From assembly GCA_019421005.1 (NCBI GenBank), contig JAHZGA010000001.1, positions 38,265-102,264 on the forward strand: 64,000 nt of DNA. The letters run 5' to 3'. This DNA comes from a bacterium (lineage in GTDB: Bacteria; Bacillota_I; Bacilli_A; RF39; UBA660). Of this stretch, positions 62,820-64,000 are shown one piece after another. Within the stretch, counting starts at the first letter, position 1; each line of letters starts with the position of its first letter. Made by a program: the position numbers and the translations under genes. The notes beneath the pieces were generated by a model. It was not told where the DNA came from. It saw only the letters and a list, made by a program, of their open reading frames with translations, and searched no databases.

Positions 62820-63500
62820 ATGAAAATAAAATATTTATTAATTTTTGGTTTAATTTCTTTAATAGTTTTTTTGATTTATTTAGGTACAATTGATAAAAAA
62901 ATATATTATTTATCTTTAGATTCAACAGATGGTTATAATAATTTAATTGCTAATAAATTACAGAAAAATAATATATTAGAAAGTTATATTAATGAATATG
63001 TAGATAATAGTTATAGAATAACAGATTTAATTAAAGATATAGAAGATAATAAAAAAATTACCATTAATGGTAAAACTAAAACTTTAAAAAATGCTTTAGT
63101 AAAAGCTGATATAATTACTATTTCAATAGGTTCAACTGATTTATTTAATCAAATAAATTATACAGATGATTATGATGAAATTTATGATTATATTGATGAG
63201 ATGCTTTCTGATTTAGAAAAAATGATAAAATTAGTTAAACAATATTGTAAAGAAGATATATTCTTAATAGGATATTATAATCCTTATGAAGTAAATAAAA
63301 TTGATGAACTTTTTAATTATTTGAATAAAAAAATTATTGATTTATGTAAAGAAAATAAGATAAATTATATAGATATTAGTAAAATAATTGATGAAAAAAA
63401 ATATATGGATGATAAATTAATTATTAATAAAGATGGTAATGAAGCAATTTATAATGAGATTTTTGATAAAATTTTAAAAAAAGTCATCAAAAACACATAA
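62820..63500 (+). CDS. Membrane-anchored hypothetical protein, possibly SGNH/GDSL-hydrolase-like
   Basis: N-terminal TM. Weak GDSL-like blocks (YLSLDSTDGY, ISIGSTD, LIGYYNPY) but no clear DxxH, so the assignment is tentative. Confidence 0.35.
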   Translation: MKIKYLLIFGLISLIVFLIYLGTIDKKIYYLSLDSTDGYNNLIANKLQKNNILESYINEYVDNSYRITDLIKDIEDNKKITINGKTKTLKNALVKADIITISIGSTDLFNQINYTDDYDEIYDYIDEMLSDLEKMIKLVKQYCKEDIFLIGYYNPYEVNKIDELFNYLNKKIIDLCKENKINYIDISKIIDEKKYMDDKLIINKDGNEAIYNEIFDKILKKVIKNT

Positions 63501-63505
63501 AAACC

Positions 63506-63534
63506 TTGATTAAATCCTTTAAACTTGATATACT
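63506..63534 (+). promoter_or_regulatory. Sigma-A promoter of rpmE
   Basis: TTGATT-17-TATACT. Confidence 0.45.
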
Positions 63535-63586
63535 AGAGTAGATTTCAAATTACTATGACTTTAGTCATGGCGGAAGGAGAGATAAA

Positions 63587-63793
63587 GTGAAAAGACATCC
63601 AAAATATATGGAAACTAAAGTAACTTGTGCTTGCGGAAATACATTTACAGTTCTATCAACTAAACCAGAACTACATTTAGAAGTATGTGATAAATGTCAT
63701 CCATTTTATACAGGAACTCAAGGTGCTGTATCAAAAGCTGGTCAAGTTGAAAAGTTTAATAAAAAATATGGCTTTGATAAAAAAGCTGCTTAA
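63587..63793 (+). CDS. rpmE: 50S ribosomal protein L31 (zinc-ribbon type)
   Basis: C-x-C...C-x-x-H zinc ribbon, GTQ, and the KFNKKY C-terminus. GTG start behind a GGAAGGAG RBS. Confidence 0.85.
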   Translation: MKRHPKYMETKVTCACGNTFTVLSTKPELHLEVCDKCHPFYTGTQGAVSKAGQVEKFNKKYGFDKKAA

Positions 63794-63796
63794 TAA

Positions 63797-63830
63797 AAAA
63801 CATTTCTTATGGAATGTTTTTTTTATTGGT
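63797..63830. terminator. Bidirectional intrinsic terminator between the convergent rpmE and XRE gene
   Basis: AAACATTC-ttatg-GAATGTTT flanked by A- and T-runs. The minus-strand gene's stop codon lies inside the hairpin. Confidence 0.55.
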
Positions 63831-64000
63831 TCTATTAACAATATAATCAATAGATACATTGTAATAGTCTGCTAATTTAATTAATAAGTCAATAGGGATA
63901 TCTCTAATTCCTTTTTCGTATAAACTATATTGCTGTTGAGTTGTTTTTAAATAAAAGGCAATTTCTTTTTGTTTTAAATCATTATCTCCTCTTAAATTTC
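63816..64000 (-). CDS. XRE-family HTH transcriptional regulator (partial, N-terminus outside the window)
   Basis: Minus-strand frame ..LKQKEIAFYLKTTQQQYSLYEKGIRDIPIDLLIKLADYYNVSIDYIVNRTNKKNIP* is a classic HTH_3 helix-turn-helix. Confidence 0.55.

Overview
This is an AT-rich (about 25-27% GC) chromosomal replication-origin region of a low-GC, cell-wall-bearing, spore-forming Firmicute. The gene order is Bacillus/Clostridium-like, so an Erysipelotrichia- or Clostridia-type organism is a reasonable guess. The genetic code is the standard bacterial one: every conserved gene is full length with TGA as a stop. oriC lies at about 33.8-35.8 kb and is bipartite, with DnaA-box clusters on both sides of dnaA. 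Genes diverge from oriC in co-orientation with replication, with few exceptions (ppaC on +, the Big_2 surface protein and the final XRE fragment on -).

On the minus strand, moving leftward from the origin: dnaA, dnaN, comK-like, recF, gyrB, gyrA, ffs, tadA, dnaX, ybaB, recR, bofA, holB, ricT, yabB-like methyltransferase, rsmI, pth, mfd, spoVT, a T-box-controlled dut-metG pair, tatD, rsmA, an AGCS transporter, ung, tilS, ftsH, parA-parB, mscS, a DUF951 gene and a partial abgT-like gene. Between mfd and spoVT, ppaC lies on the plus strand. Moving rightward on the plus strand: rpmH, rnpA, yidC, jag, a 164-aa hypothetical gene, mnmE, mnmG, rsmG, noc-like, uvrB, lgt, trxB, yvcK, whiA, a DHH phosphoesterase, rplI, dnaB, an M23/LysM peptidase, a YycJ-like MBL hydrolase, rlmH, spoIIR, a MOP flippase, mntP, fba, murA and rpmE. 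A Big_2 surface protein lies on the minus strand between spoIIR and the flippase.

No mobile elements, CRISPR arrays, rRNA or tRNA genes were found. Several non-ORF features are not explained by the ORF track: a 4.5S/SRP RNA gene, a T-box leader, a four-copy parS palindrome array, DnaA-box clusters, and a 54-bp tandem repeat inside a Noc paralog.

The main oddities are: (1) a ComK-family gene in the yaaA slot between dnaN and recF; (2) a Noc/ParB paralog with a roughly 400-aa repetitive, low-complexity C-terminal extension; (3) four perfect tandem parS sites in the intergenic region downstream of gyrA (gyrA-ffs); (4) dUTPase co-regulated with metG by a T-box; and (5) the parAB operon split about 39 kb away from noc/rsmG.
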